Shown: positions 22,960 to 36,601, counted from the stretch's first letter. The stretch is DNA of 46,837 bases from Acidobacteriota bacterium (GCA_016190995.1 JACPPN010000226.1:1-46837); one strand, 5' to 3'. Notes: generated from the letters alone by a model not told the origin. Translations and numbers: made by a program.

Positions 22960-24882
22960 TCAGAATCTGACGAGCAGGCCCCCCACGATTCGCTTCGGCG
23001 GACGCACGACGAGCAGCTCATCGTACACGCTGCTGTCGACCTGCGGCTCGCGAAACAGGTTCCTCACCGCCACCAGGACTTCCCATTCGGTGTTGGTGAA
23101 CTGCATGAACGGGAGTCCCTGCTTCACCTGCACGTCGAATCGCGAATCCAGCCCGGGCCGCGTGACCGCTTCGTCTCGCGTGAACGCGCTGTTGATCTTG
23201 TAGACAACGAACAGGCGCGTCGCGGTTTCCGGTATCTCGGTCTCGACTGCGGTCGTGACATCGTGGAACTTCTCGCGTTCGGCGCGCGCGAGGGTTGGAG
23301 CCCACATGGTCAGCACCGCAGCCTCGGGCGAGATCGTCCAACGCGCGCTCGTGCGCGTGTAGTTGACCGACCCACGAAAACGCCTGGACAGATTGTGCTG
23401 CAGGGCGAAGGTCCATCCGTCCGTATCCGCGCTTCCCGGATTGCCGACGAAATAGTGCCCGAGCGCCGCGCGAGCGGTCTCCGTGTCGCCGACGCCGAAG
23501 AGGGTAGCGAGCTGATCGTCGACCTGTTGATAGAACCTGCGCACGCCAATCACGGCGTCCTTGCCGAGATCGCGCTCGATCCCGAATTCGACGTGACGAG
23601 TACGCTCCGCGCGGAACGAGGAGGCGGGAGTGACAGGGGCGAAGGTGCGTTCCGGCGGCAGCCACACTCCAGAGACCGCCGGCGGCAGGAACTCTTCGGC
23701 GCCGGGCGCCACTCTGCGCTGCGAGACCGCACCGACCAGGCGCGTGTGCGCCGCGGGCGTGAGGCTCACACCAATGCGGCCGCCGAACAGCCCGTGGCCC
23801 TCGAGATAGTCGTATCGCGCGAATCGGGCGCCGTAATCGACCGTCACGCGACGCGAAATCGCCCACGTATCGTCGCCGTACACGGCACCGACGTTGCGGC
23901 TGCCGTCGGTCACGGCCGCCAGCGCGGCAGGGTTGCCCCCGTCGTACCGCTGCGTGCTGTACGACATGCCGACGCTGTAGGAATGGGCGCTGGGCGCCCG
24001 ATGCGTGTAGGCGCCGGCCAGAATCCATGACGACACGTCGCCCTGTGTCATCGCGCCCTGCACCACCCACTCGGCATGATCGCTCGATGACAGTCCGAGC
24101 GAGAGGAACGCGACGTTGCGTGGTAGGCCATCGGCCGAGAAGAGATCCTGCGGCCGGTCGAACGAACTCGTGGTCAGGAGATTGAGCTCGCCGGAGATCG
24201 GGAAATCGTTGACGAGCCCCGTCATGCGTGAGGCGGCGAACCTGTGTGACAGGAGGGTCGGTGGAGCGTCGCCGGCCCAATCGGTGTCCCCGGCACTCGC
24301 CGCCACCACGCTGAAATCGGTGATCTCCTTCAACACCGAGCGCTTGACATGCCGCAGACGCCAGGCCGATTCGCTGTGGTTGTCCTTCTCGCCGCTGCTG
24401 TCCTCAGCCGACGGATCCGCCTGATCGGCCGAAGGCGGGCCGACCACGCCCGCTGCCAGGATCGGTCGCGCGGGAACGGCGCCGGACGTCGCAACCGGTT
24501 GCGGACCGCTGGTGCGATGCAGCCTGAGGGATGAGAGTGACCGAAGGCTCGGACGCACGTCGATGATCGTCCGTTGCGAGGCGGCAAAGCCGGGCAGATG
24601 CGCGCGCAGGAGATAGGGGCCCGGCGGGAGCCGCCGAAGTGTGAACCGCCCATCGGCGTCGGTAACGGCAAACGCCATCGTCACGCCGAGCGCCGACACC
24701 ATGGCGCCCCGAAGCGGCGCGCCCCGGTCGTCGATGACCGTGCCCTGAATGGTGCCGGCGACAGTGGTCGCGGCGTCGGTCACGCGCTCGGGCGAGGAGC
24801 GCGCGGGCTCGTCGGCGAACGCCCCGGTTACCGCAAGCGCGGCGACGGTCGCCGAGACCACCATCCACTTGATGCGAAGCAT
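22960..24882 (-). CDS. Outer-membrane beta-barrel protein with N-terminal carboxypeptidase-regulatory-like domain (TonB-dependent-receptor-like; no plug recognised)
   Basis: 640 aa with a signal peptide (..VAALAVTGAFA/DEP). The CarboxypepD_reg-like segment reads GTVIDDRGAPLRGAMVSAL..TDADGRFTLRRLPPGPYLLRAHLPGF. A long beta-rich body ends in the aromatic terminus ..GGLLVRF. Confidence 0.75.
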   Translation of the reverse strand: MLRIKWMVVSATVAALAVTGAFADEPARSSPERVTDAATTVAGTIQGTVIDDRGAPLRGAMVSALGVTMAFAVTDADGRFTLRRLPPGPYLLRAHLPGFAASQRTIIDVRPSLRSLSSLRLHRTSGPQPVATSGAVPARPILAAGVVGPPSADQADPSAEDSSGEKDNHSESAWRLRHVKRSVLKEITDFSVVAASAGDTDWAGDAPPTLLSHRFAASRMTGLVNDFPISGELNLLTTSSFDRPQDLFSADGLPRNVAFLSLGLSSSDHAEWVVQGAMTQGDVSSWILAGAYTHRAPSAHSYSVGMSYSTQRYDGGNPAALAAVTDGSRNVGAVYGDDTWAISRRVTVDYGARFARYDYLEGHGLFGGRIGVSLTPAAHTRLVGAVSQRRVAPGAEEFLPPAVSGVWLPPERTFAPVTPASSFRAERTRHVEFGIERDLGKDAVIGVRRFYQQVDDQLATLFGVGDTETARAALGHYFVGNPGSADTDGWTFALQHNLSRRFRGSVNYTRTSARWTISPEAAVLTMWAPTLARAEREKFHDVTTAVETEIPETATRLFVVYKINSAFTRDEAVTRPGLDSRFDVQVKQGLPFMQFTNTEWEVLVAVRNLFREPQVDSSVYDELLVVRPPKRIVGGLLVRF

Positions 24883-24898
24883 GGAACGCTCCGGCCAA

Positions 24899-25960
24899 CT
24901 ACGAACCGACGACGCTGAACGTGACGTTCCGGGTCAGGGCAGCCCCAGACTTATTGTCCGCGATCTTGATCTCCAGACGAAAATCTCCGTCCGGAAAGCT
25001 CGCGAGCGGGACCGACTGTCCCGCGACGAGCTGGTGGCCGGCCGTGATGTCGAACGCGGGCGGCAGCGTCTGCTCGTTGAACTTCTGCGGCTCGGTCTTG
25101 TTGAAGTACTTCTCACCCTCTGCCGTCTTGTGGTGGAAGGTGTACTCGATGGTGAGATCGGGCTTCTTGTCTACCCCGATCGACGGGTTGTAGACGAGGA
25201 AGATGACGGAAAGCTCTTCGTTCTTGCGGAACGCCGAGTCGGCCGCGGGCACGATTTCGGTCATGCCCAGCGCATAGGGGTGCTCGATCTGCTGCTCCTT
25301 CGCGACCGGCTCCTTCAGCGGTTCGACCCGATCCGCGAGAATGACCGTGCTCGTGGCCAGCTCGTTGGTCCAGAAATCCGGAATCGTCAGCGCGTGCTTG
25401 ACCACTGTCGTCTTCAGCGCGGTCGCCGCGGCAGCAGGGCCACGCTCTTTCAGGGCGACGTAGGCCTCGTAGTCGCCCGGGGCGACCGCAAATGCGCGGC
25501 TGAGCCGCATGGCTTGCCCCGCGGTCGCTTTCAGGTCGAGAAAGTGCACATCGTCAAACGGGTATGCCGTCGCGCCGCCCTTCTCGTTTTTCTCGTCGTC
25601 GTTCTTTCCCGGCTGGCTGATCGGGGCAGACCCTCGTTGGACGACGCGCACATACATGGCGTAGGCACCTGGGGGCGCGCCGTCGAGCGTCAGGGTGAAG
25701 GGGACGTAGGTTTTGCCTTCGAGCGCCTTCAGAAAATCATTGGTCCACGTGACGCGAATGTCCGATGGGGCCGTCTGACCCGTCATCGCCGCGTCGACAA
25801 GCTTCACCAAGCTTTGGACTTCCTGGCGCTGCGCCTGGTCGAGCTTTTGCTGTTGTCGCTTGTCGTCTTTCTTTTGATCGGAAGGGGCCCCCGCACCGAC
25901 TGCGGGAGCGAGCACCAAAGCCAGCAGGAGTAGGGGGAGCCTCCCGCGCTGTCGCACCAT
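24899..25960 (-). CDS. Secreted beta-rich protein of unknown function
   Basis: 353 aa. Signal peptide MVRQRGRLPLLLLALVLAPAVGAGA, then a Lys/Gln-rich linker, then two beta-sandwich-like halves. It lies 16 nt upstream of the OMP gene, which has a GGAG Shine-Dalgarno. Confidence 0.7.
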   Translation of the reverse strand: MVRQRGRLPLLLLALVLAPAVGAGAPSDQKKDDKRQQQKLDQAQRQEVQSLVKLVDAAMTGQTAPSDIRVTWTNDFLKALEGKTYVPFTLTLDGAPPGAYAMYVRVVQRGSAPISQPGKNDDEKNEKGGATAYPFDDVHFLDLKATAGQAMRLSRAFAVAPGDYEAYVALKERGPAAAATALKTTVVKHALTIPDFWTNELATSTVILADRVEPLKEPVAKEQQIEHPYALGMTEIVPAADSAFRKNEELSVIFLVYNPSIGVDKKPDLTIEYTFHHKTAEGEKYFNKTEPQKFNEQTLPPAFDITAGHQLVAGQSVPLASFPDGDFRLEIKIADNKSGAALTRNVTFSVVGS

Positions 25961-26005
25961 GATTATTCTCTCCGGACGTCGAAGGTTTTTCTCCGACGTG
26001 GCTCG

Positions 26006-26035
26006 ATCATAGGCGACTCCTCACGAGCAAGTCAA
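26006..26035 (-). promoter_or_regulatory. Sigma-70-type promoter for the secreted-protein/OMP operon
   Basis: Minus strand: TTGACT (26035-26030), 18-nt spacer, TATGAT (26011-26006). It lies about 45 nt upstream of ATG 25960, which is preceded by GGAGAG. Confidence 0.5.
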
Positions 26036-26156
26036 ACCACTGACAGGCCGGGGTTTTCGGTCTCGGCCCACACGGCATCTCGCGCGTGGCGCGTGTTATC
26101 ATCCCTGGCTCCGAGGTCTTGGTCAGACGACCCTCGGATGCTTCAGCGAAACAGGC

Positions 26157-27437
26157 ATGCTCGACGATACGCTGGTCATCGTTCTGGCCGGAGGAGCGGG
26201 AGAGCGACTGTATCCACTGACGCGCGAGCGCGCGAAGCCGGCCGTGTACTTCGGCGGTCCCTACCGGATCATCGACTTCACCCTCAGCAACTGCGTCAAC
26301 TCGGGGCTGCGCCGCGTGTTCATCGCGACGCAATACAAGTCGCTGTCGCTCAACCGGCACATCCGGATGGGGTGGAGCGTCGTCTCCGAGGAGCTCGGCG
26401 AGTTCATCGAGATCCTCCCGCCGCAGAAACGTGTCGGCGAACACTGGTACCTCGGGACCGCCGACGCCGTGTATCAGAACCTGTATTCGGTCCTTCGCGA
26501 AAACCCACGTCACGTCATCGTCTTGTCGGGCGATCACGTCTACAAGATGGATTACGGCAAGATGCTCCGCTTTCACCGCGAGACGGGTGCGGCAGCGACA
26601 CTCGCCGCGATCGAGGTTCCCAAAGAGGAACTGTATCGATTCGGCATTGTCGAGGTGGACGATACGGACCGGGTGATCGGTTTTCGCGAGAAGCCGCGGC
26701 ACCTGACCGGCGGCGCCACGGCCGAAGCCGCGCTCGCGTCGATGGGAATTTATGTCTTCGAGACGCAGGTCCTCATCGGCGCGCTCGAGGCGGATGCGGC
26801 ACGGCCCACGTCGCACGACTTCGGCAAAGACATTCTGCCAGCGTTGATCAGGGACGGCGTGCCGGTCTACGCCCATCGGTTCTATGACGAGAACAAGAAG
26901 GCCGCGAAGTACTGGCGCGACATCGGCACGCTCGACGCGTACTACGAAGCGAACATGGATCTCTGTCACGTGAACCCGGAATTCAACCTCTACGATCCCG
27001 AGTGGCCGCTGCGCACCTATCGACTGCAGGCGCCGCCGGCGAAGTTTGTCTTCGCGGACGAAGGCAGACGCTGCGGGCAGGCTCTCGACTCGATCATCTC
27101 GCCGGGCTGTATCATCTCCGGCAGCCGCGTGGTCGGCTGCGTGCTCGGCCCCAACGTACGGGTGCACAGCTTCTGCACGATCGAGCAGAGCATCCTCATG
27201 CCGGGCGTCAGGGTCGGGCGTCACGCCAGGATTCGCCGCGCCATCATCGATCGCGACGTCGACATCCCCCGAGCGGCGCTCATCGGCCACAATCCGGAAG
27301 AGGACGCGCGACGCCACACCGTCACCGAACGTGGGGTTGTCGTCGTGACGGAAGGAGACGAGCCGCTTGCGGGCGAAGTCGACGCCGAGATGCTCGAGCT
27401 GGAGCGAGACGCCGACGGACGCAGCGTCGGCGGATAA
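26157..27437 (+). CDS. glgC: Glucose-1-phosphate adenylyltransferase
   Basis: 426 aa. LAGGAGERLYPLTRERAKPAVYFGGPYRIIDFTLSNCVNSG..FIATQYKSLSLNRH is diagnostic of GlgC. Confidence 0.93.
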   Translation: MLDDTLVIVLAGGAGERLYPLTRERAKPAVYFGGPYRIIDFTLSNCVNSGLRRVFIATQYKSLSLNRHIRMGWSVVSEELGEFIEILPPQKRVGEHWYLGTADAVYQNLYSVLRENPRHVIVLSGDHVYKMDYGKMLRFHRETGAAATLAAIEVPKEELYRFGIVEVDDTDRVIGFREKPRHLTGGATAEAALASMGIYVFETQVLIGALEADAARPTSHDFGKDILPALIRDGVPVYAHRFYDENKKAAKYWRDIGTLDAYYEANMDLCHVNPEFNLYDPEWPLRTYRLQAPPAKFVFADEGRRCGQALDSIISPGCIISGSRVVGCVLGPNVRVHSFCTIEQSILMPGVRVGRHARIRRAIIDRDVDIPRAALIGHNPEEDARRHTVTERGVVVVTEGDEPLAGEVDAEMLELERDADGRSVGG

Positions 27438-30319
<2,882 letters not shown>

Positions 30320-30356
30320 ACGCGAACTCCCGAAGTCTCAGAAACCAGATCGCCGC

Positions 30357-30662
30357 TTATTCGACCTCTTCTTCCGTCGGCTCGTCGGCCGCAATCCTGA
30401 GCGAACGCAGGAACCGACGGTCGTTCGCGCTTATTCCCAGGCTGCGACGGCTTCCACCGGAACGCGGCGCGGCGCTCACCTTGGCAAGAGAACCGGATGA
30501 TGTCCGATTGACGAACCCGATGACGGCTTCGAGAGAGACCCGCATCTCGAATCCAGCGGCGCGGGCCTTCTCACGGCACGCCTCGACTCGTGGATCCTCG
30601 GCAACAGCAGCGGCGATGGTGTTGGCCAGCTCTCGCGCCAAGCGGTTCACGACATCGTCCAT
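30357..30662 (-). CDS. Small hypothetical protein (101 aa)
   Basis: Start chosen at ATG 30662 (MDDVVNRLARELANTIAAAVAEDPRVEAC..) because a strong GAGGAGG lies 8 nt upstream. The track ORF extends to ATG 30773, which has no Shine-Dalgarno. I recognise no family. Confidence 0.5.
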   Translation of the reverse strand: MDDVVNRLARELANTIAAAVAEDPRVEACREKARAAGFEMRVSLEAVIGFVNRTSSGSLAKVSAAPRSGGSRRSLGISANDRRFLRSLRIAADEPTEEEVE

Positions 30663-30802
30663 AGCGTGTCCCTCCTCACTGCCGCCGGGCCGGGTTTCCG
30701 GAGGCGACTGGCGATCCGAGCCAGACGACACTTGCGCTGCCGCCTGCAGTCGGACGCGCCAGATACGGTTCATCGTTGGGAGAACGGGCGAAGGCTGGCG
30801 TC

Positions 30803-30831
30803 ATTGTAAACAGGGGATCTACCACTGTCAA
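30803..30831 (-). promoter_or_regulatory. Near-consensus sigma-70 promoter for the small hypothetical gene
   Basis: Minus strand: TTGACA (30831-30826), 17-nt spacer, TACAAT (30808-30803). A second overlapping TTGACA lies immediately upstream (plus strand TGTCAATGTCAA). Confidence 0.5.
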
Positions 30832-30956
30832 TGTCAACCTCGTATCTGTGACGCGCATCACCGCCCGAAAATGGATGCGCTCACACGCCTGGCTCGTCGG
30901 GGCCGCGGTACGCGCGAGCCAGCGCATCCGTGATTTACAATGCCGTTGGGTGAATC

Positions 30957-32588
<1,632 letters not shown>

Positions 32589-32702
32589 GCAGCTTCTAGT
32601 CTAGAGAGCCGATGTGCTTGCACATGAAGCAAGTTTGCCTGGGTCCGGCTTTGGAAGCTGTCTACGGTCCGATAAGAGAATCAGGATCGCAACCGGTGTT
32701 TC

Positions 32703-33752
32703 GTGAGGGCACAGCCGACGCATCCGACCGTTGAACCGCCGCTGCTCGAGGTCGAGCACCTGTCGACGGCGTTCCGACTCGGACAGACTGACGCGCTCGC
32801 GGTCAACCATGTCAGCTTCGAGATCCGCACCGGCGAGACCCTTGCCCTGGTCGGCGAATCGGGCAGCGGGAAATCGGTGACGGCGTTCTCGATCATGCGG
32901 CTCGTGCAGCCTCCGGGCCGCATCGTCGGCGGCCGAATCCTGTTTCGTGGACGGGATCTGCTGGCGCTGCCGGAGCGTGAGATGCGGACCATCCGGGGCG
33001 CCGGGATCTCGCTGATCTTTCAGGAGCCGATGTCAGCGCTCAACCCGGTCTTCACCGTGGGCAGCCAGATCGCCGAAACGCTGCAGGTCCACGGACGCGT
33101 CCGGTCGCGCCGTGACGCGCGGCAGCGGGCGATCGAGCTGCTCGCCGCCGTGAGCGTCCCGCAGCCGGAGCGCAGGGTCGACGAATATCCGCATCAGCTT
33201 TCAGGCGGTTTGCGACAGCGCGTCTTGATCGCCGTGGCGATCGCCTGCCGGCCGGCGCTGCTCATCGCGGACGAGCCCACGACCGCGCTCGACGCGACGA
33301 TCCAGGCTCAGATCCTCGAGCTTCTTCGCGAGCTGAAGGCGACGTTCAACCTCGCGCTGCTCCTCATCACGCACGATCTCGGCGTTGTGGCCGAGACGGC
33401 CGATCGCGTGGCCGTCATGTACGCCGGCCGCATCGTCGAGGAAGCGAGCGTGCGGGAGATCTTCCGCCATCCGAAGCACCCGTACACGCAGGGGTTGCTC
33501 GCCTCGATCCCCGGTGGCCATCCCGGTTCTCGTCTTCGCGCGATCGATGGCGGTGTTCCTTCCCTCGGGACGATTCCGCAGGGCTGCGCGTTCGCACCAC
33601 GGTGCCCCTATCGATTCGAGCCCTGCCCGACCGAAGTACCGCCGCCGTACGTGGTCGGCGTCGAGCATCGGGCGCGCTGCTACCTGCAGGATCCAGCGTA
33701 CGCGCCCGCGCTCTCAGGGCCGGGTAGACCAGGCCGCCACTCGAAATCCTGA
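32703..33752 (+). CDS. Oligopeptide/dipeptide-type ABC transporter ATP-binding protein (DppD/OppD-like)
   Basis: 349 aa with a GTG start. Walker A is GESGSGKS, the signature is LSGGLRQR, Walker B is [12 protein letters not shown]. The C-terminal oligo_HPY-type region reads [20 protein letters not shown]. Confidence 0.88.
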   Translation: MRAQPTHPTVEPPLLEVEHLSTAFRLGQTDALAVNHVSFEIRTGETLALVGESGSGKSVTAFSIMRLVQPPGRIVGGRILFRGRDLLALPEREMRTIRGAGISLIFQEPMSALNPVFTVGSQIAETLQVHGRVRSRRDARQRAIELLAAVSVPQPERRVDEYPHQLSGGLRQRVLIAVAIACRPALLIADEPTTALDATIQAQILELLRELKATFNLALLLITHDLGVVAETADRVAVMYAGRIVEEASVREIFRHPKHPYTQGLLASIPGGHPGSRLRAIDGGVPSLGTIPQGCAFAPRCPYRFEPCPTEVPPPYVVGVEHRARCYLQDPAYAPALSGPGRPGRHSKS

Positions 33753-34630
33753 TGCCTCTCCTCGAGGTCCGCCACCTCGTCAAGCACTTCGCGCGCAGTT
33801 CCGGACTGTTCCGCGCATCGTCGGTCGTGCGCGCCGTGGATGATGTGAGCTTCACGATCGAGGAGGGAGAAACGTTCGGGCTCGTCGGTGAGTCGGGCAG
33901 CGGAAAGACGACGACGGGACGATGCATCCTGCGCCTCGTCGAACCGACCGCCGGCGAGGTGGTGTTCAGGGGGGAAGACGTGTTGAAGTTCCGGCGCGGG
34001 CGGCTGCGGCGCGCGCGTCGCGACATGCAGATCGTCTTTCAGGATCCGTACTCGTCGCTCAATCCACGGATGCGCGTCGCGGCGATCGTCGAGGAGCCGC
34101 TCATCATCCATCGCATCGGTTCGCGCGCCAACCGTCGCGCGCGGGTCGACGAGCTGTTTCGACTGGTCGGCCTCGAGCCGTCGCACTTGAACCGGTTCCC
34201 GCACGAGTTCAGCGGGGGCCAACGCCAGCGCATCGGCCTTGCTCGCGCGCTGGCGCTCAACCCGTCACTCGTCGTGGCAGACGAACCGGTGTCAGCGCTC
34301 GACGTCTCGGTGCAGGCGCAGGTCATCAACCTGCTCATGGATCTTCAGGAGAAGCTGAAGCTCACCTACCTCTTCATCGCCCACGACCTGCGGCTCGTGC
34401 GTCACATCTGCGATCGCGTCGCCGTGATGTATCTGGGAAGAATCATCGAGCTGGCGACCGCGAGCGACCTGTTCGCCGCGCCGCAGCATCCCTACACCCG
34501 CGCCCTGCTCTCCGCGATTCCGATTCCCGACCCGGAGGTGCGCCGCCAGCGCATGCTGCTCGACCCGGCGACGGTGAACCGGGACCGACCACTGCGCGAG
34601 GTGGCGCCGGGACACTGGGCAGCGATCTGA
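33752..34630 (+). CDS. Oligopeptide/dipeptide-type ABC transporter ATP-binding protein (DppF/OppF-like)
   Basis: 292 aa. Walker A is GESGSGKTT, the signature is FSGGQRQR, Walker B is [12 protein letters not shown], and it carries ..[14 protein letters not shown]. Its start overlaps the previous stop (TGATG). Confidence 0.88.
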   Translation: MPLLEVRHLVKHFARSSGLFRASSVVRAVDDVSFTIEEGETFGLVGESGSGKTTTGRCILRLVEPTAGEVVFRGEDVLKFRRGRLRRARRDMQIVFQDPYSSLNPRMRVAAIVEEPLIIHRIGSRANRRARVDELFRLVGLEPSHLNRFPHEFSGGQRQRIGLARALALNPSLVVADEPVSALDVSVQAQVINLLMDLQEKLKLTYLFIAHDLRLVRHICDRVAVMYLGRIIELATASDLFAAPQHPYTRALLSAIPIPDPEVRRQRMLLDPATVNRDRPLREVAPGHWAAI

Positions 34631-34733
34631 GTGCTGACCGATTCGACCTTCAAGATAGGGCTCATCGATCTCAAGCCTTAACAGCCTGCGGAGGGCGCTG
34701 AGCGCGCGGAGGAATGAATCAGCTTTTCGGAGT

Positions 34734-34761
34734 CTCCGCGTGCTCCGCGTGCTCTGCGGTG
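34734..34761. repeat. Triple 9/10-nt tandem repeat CTCCGCGTG-CTCCGCGTG-CTCTGCGGTG
   Basis: Read directly from the spacer between the convergent ABC ATPase genes. Confidence 0.8.
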
Positions 34762-34781
34762 AACGCTTTTGACGCCGGACT

Positions 34782-34830
34782 GAGGTTCAACCTTTGACCA
34801 TTGACGCTCGACGAGGTTCGACCCTTGCCC
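34782..34830. repeat. 18-nt imperfect direct repeat (GAGGTTCAACCTTTGACC / GAGGTTCGACCCTTGCCC), 31-nt period
   Basis: 15 of 18 positions are identical. Located at 34782-34799 and 34813-34830. Confidence 0.75.
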
Positions 34831-34837
34831 CCGATGC

Positions 34838-35524
34838 TTACGCGGCCCTCCGCACATCGTCTTCGACGCGTCCGTCCCGGAGGTGAATGATGCGATGCGC
34901 GTAGGCGGCGACGTCAGCTTCGTGGGTTACGAGCACGATGGTGTTGCCGGCGTCATGAAGCCGCTGGAAGAGCGTCATGATCTCCATGCCGGTCTTCGAG
35001 TCGAGGTTGCCGGTTGGCTCGTCGGCGAGGAGGATCGAAGGATTGTTCACCAGCGCCCTCGCGATCGCCACGCGCTGGCGCTGGCCGCCGGAGAGCTCGT
35101 TCGGGCGATGCATCAGGCGGTCGCCGAGCTCCACGCGCTGCAGCGCGCCCGTCGCTTTGGCCTGGCGTTCCTTGGCCGCAATGCCGGCGTACACCAGCGG
35201 CAGCTCCACGTTGTGGAGCGCCGTGGCGCGCGGCAGCAGGTTGAAGGTCTGGAAGACGAAGCCAATCTCCTCATTGCGGATCCGCGCCAGCTCGTCGTCG
35301 TTCATCTGCGACACCTGCTTCCCGTTCAGCAGATACGAGCCTCGCGTCGGCGTGTCGAGGCAGCCGATGAGATTCATCAGCGTCGACTTACCCGACCCCG
35401 AAGGTCCCATGATGGCCACGTACTCGCCGCGCTGAATCGAGACCGACACGCCTTGCAGCGCGTGGATCTCTTCCGCGCCCATCACGTACGTCTTCCAAAG
35501 ATCTTGTGTTTCGATGAGTTCCAT
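34838..35524 (-). CDS. MacB/LolD/FtsE-type ABC transporter ATP-binding protein
   Basis: Start chosen at ATG 35524 ([27 protein letters not shown]..). Walker A is GPSGSGKST, the signature is LSGGQRQR, Walker B is [12 protein letters not shown]. No FtsX-type permease gene is adjacent. Confidence 0.88.
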   Translation of the reverse strand: MELIETQDLWKTYVMGAEEIHALQGVSVSIQRGEYVAIMGPSGSGKSTLMNLIGCLDTPTRGSYLLNGKQVSQMNDDELARIRNEEIGFVFQTFNLLPRATALHNVELPLVYAGIAAKERQAKATGALQRVELGDRLMHRPNELSGGQRQRVAIARALVNNPSILLADEPTGNLDSKTGMEIMTLFQRLHDAGNTIVLVTHEADVAAYAHRIIHLRDGRVEDDVRRAA

Positions 35525-35730
35525 ATGAGTGAACCCGCAGCGGGACACACGGGGTCAGCGGCCTTGTGACTCAATACGATAGTCGACACCTCGGGGTTCA
35601 GTCCAACAGGTGGCAGCCCGGGTAGTGGGTCCCTTTGAAAGGAGCCCACGACCGCAGCCCGACCTCCGAGCGCTCGGGCTGGCTCTCCTGGTCAGCGGAA
35701 TGCGCCGCGCCGGCTGTTGCGGCCCACCGA

Positions 35731-36537
35731 CTACTGTTTTGTCTCGAGCGCGCGCAGATTGCGGGCGATGGCCTTGCCGACGGCAGGGGCGTCCGCGGGA
35801 ACGAGCGCGGTCCAGTCGCGCACGTCGACCGGCAGCAGCGCCACGTTCGCGGTCCCACCGCGCCGACGGCGCTGGCGCGTGATCTCGCCGCCGATGACGC
35901 CGGCGGGCGCGAGCGCCGTGCCCAGGAGGAAGACGCAGACGGGCGTGCTGGTTTCGGCTGCGTACCGCGCCGCCAGAGGCCAGATCTCTTCCACGGCCTG
36001 GGGATCCACTGACACGACGAACTTCCCGAGGACCGCGAGCGCGGGAATCGCGGAGCGGAACAGCATCCGCCTCCCACGCGGGACGTAGCCGACATCGAAT
36101 CCCTTCGCGAGGCGCTCGTCGACGGCGCCCATTTCGATTGATACGGCGTCGCGCAGCCGGTTCAGCACGACCTTTCTCAGGAACTCGTCGGGAACGAGCC
36201 GGTCGGCCGGGCGTGGCGGGACAGGACGCGGCGTCGCGGCCGCAGGCTCGACAGAGGTCGCCGCATCGGGTGGCGTGGGGTCCGTTTGCGCCGCCTCCGA
36301 TTCCTGCCTCCGCATGGCCTCGAGCAGCCGGTTGTATTCCGTTCGTTGCTGGGCATCCATGAGCGTGCTGTAGGCCCTCGTCAGGTCCGCGGCGCGTGTC
36401 GCCGCCAGAGCCTGGAATTCGCTGCCCAGATGGTGCACTTTGTCCGGGTGATATCGCGCGATCTCGCGCCTGAAGCTGCGCTTGATCTCCTCGTTCGACG
36501 CCGACGGGTCCACGCCAAGCAGCTCGTAGTAGTTCAT
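35731..36537 (-). CDS. J-domain (DnaJ-like) protein with an uncharacterised C-terminal domain
   Basis: 268 aa. The J domain MNYYELLGVDPSASNEEIKRSFRREIARYHPDK carries the HPD motif. A Pro/Ala linker and a roughly 150-aa C-terminal domain with no motif I recognise follow. It starts 64 nt downstream of the ATPase gene. Confidence 0.8.
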   Translation of the reverse strand: MNYYELLGVDPSASNEEIKRSFRREIARYHPDKVHHLGSEFQALAATRAADLTRAYSTLMDAQQRTEYNRLLEAMRRQESEAAQTDPTPPDAATSVEPAAATPRPVPPRPADRLVPDEFLRKVVLNRLRDAVSIEMGAVDERLAKGFDVGYVPRGRRMLFRSAIPALAVLGKFVVSVDPQAVEEIWPLAARYAAETSTPVCVFLLGTALAPAGVIGGEITRQRRRRGGTANVALLPVDVRDWTALVPADAPAVGKAIARNLRALETKQ

Positions 36538-36601
36538 CGCGGAAGGGGACGGTCAGGACCGGGAACGAACGTCCATTGGCACTTATCGGATGGGACCGTC
36601 G

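Noticed and set aside
30774-30956. Possible cobalamin riboswitch upstream of the B12-dependent mutase
   Set aside because: Only a loose CCACTG-like element and a GGGAGAAC stretch are present, and I could not find a B12-box. The region is better explained by two divergent promoters. B12-dependent enzymes are also not the usual targets of this riboswitch.
34782-34830. tRNA-like GGTTCGA / GGTTCAA T-loop-like strings (also near 10958)
   Set aside because: The flanking bases do not form T-arm stems, an acceptor stem or an anticodon arm. They are direct repeats, not tRNA genes.
36560-36600. TGGCAC string (36574-36579) between the ATPase and the J-domain gene as a sigma-54 promoter
   Set aside because: It lies on the plus strand while both flanking genes are on the minus strand. 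It also lacks a TTGC element at the required spacing.
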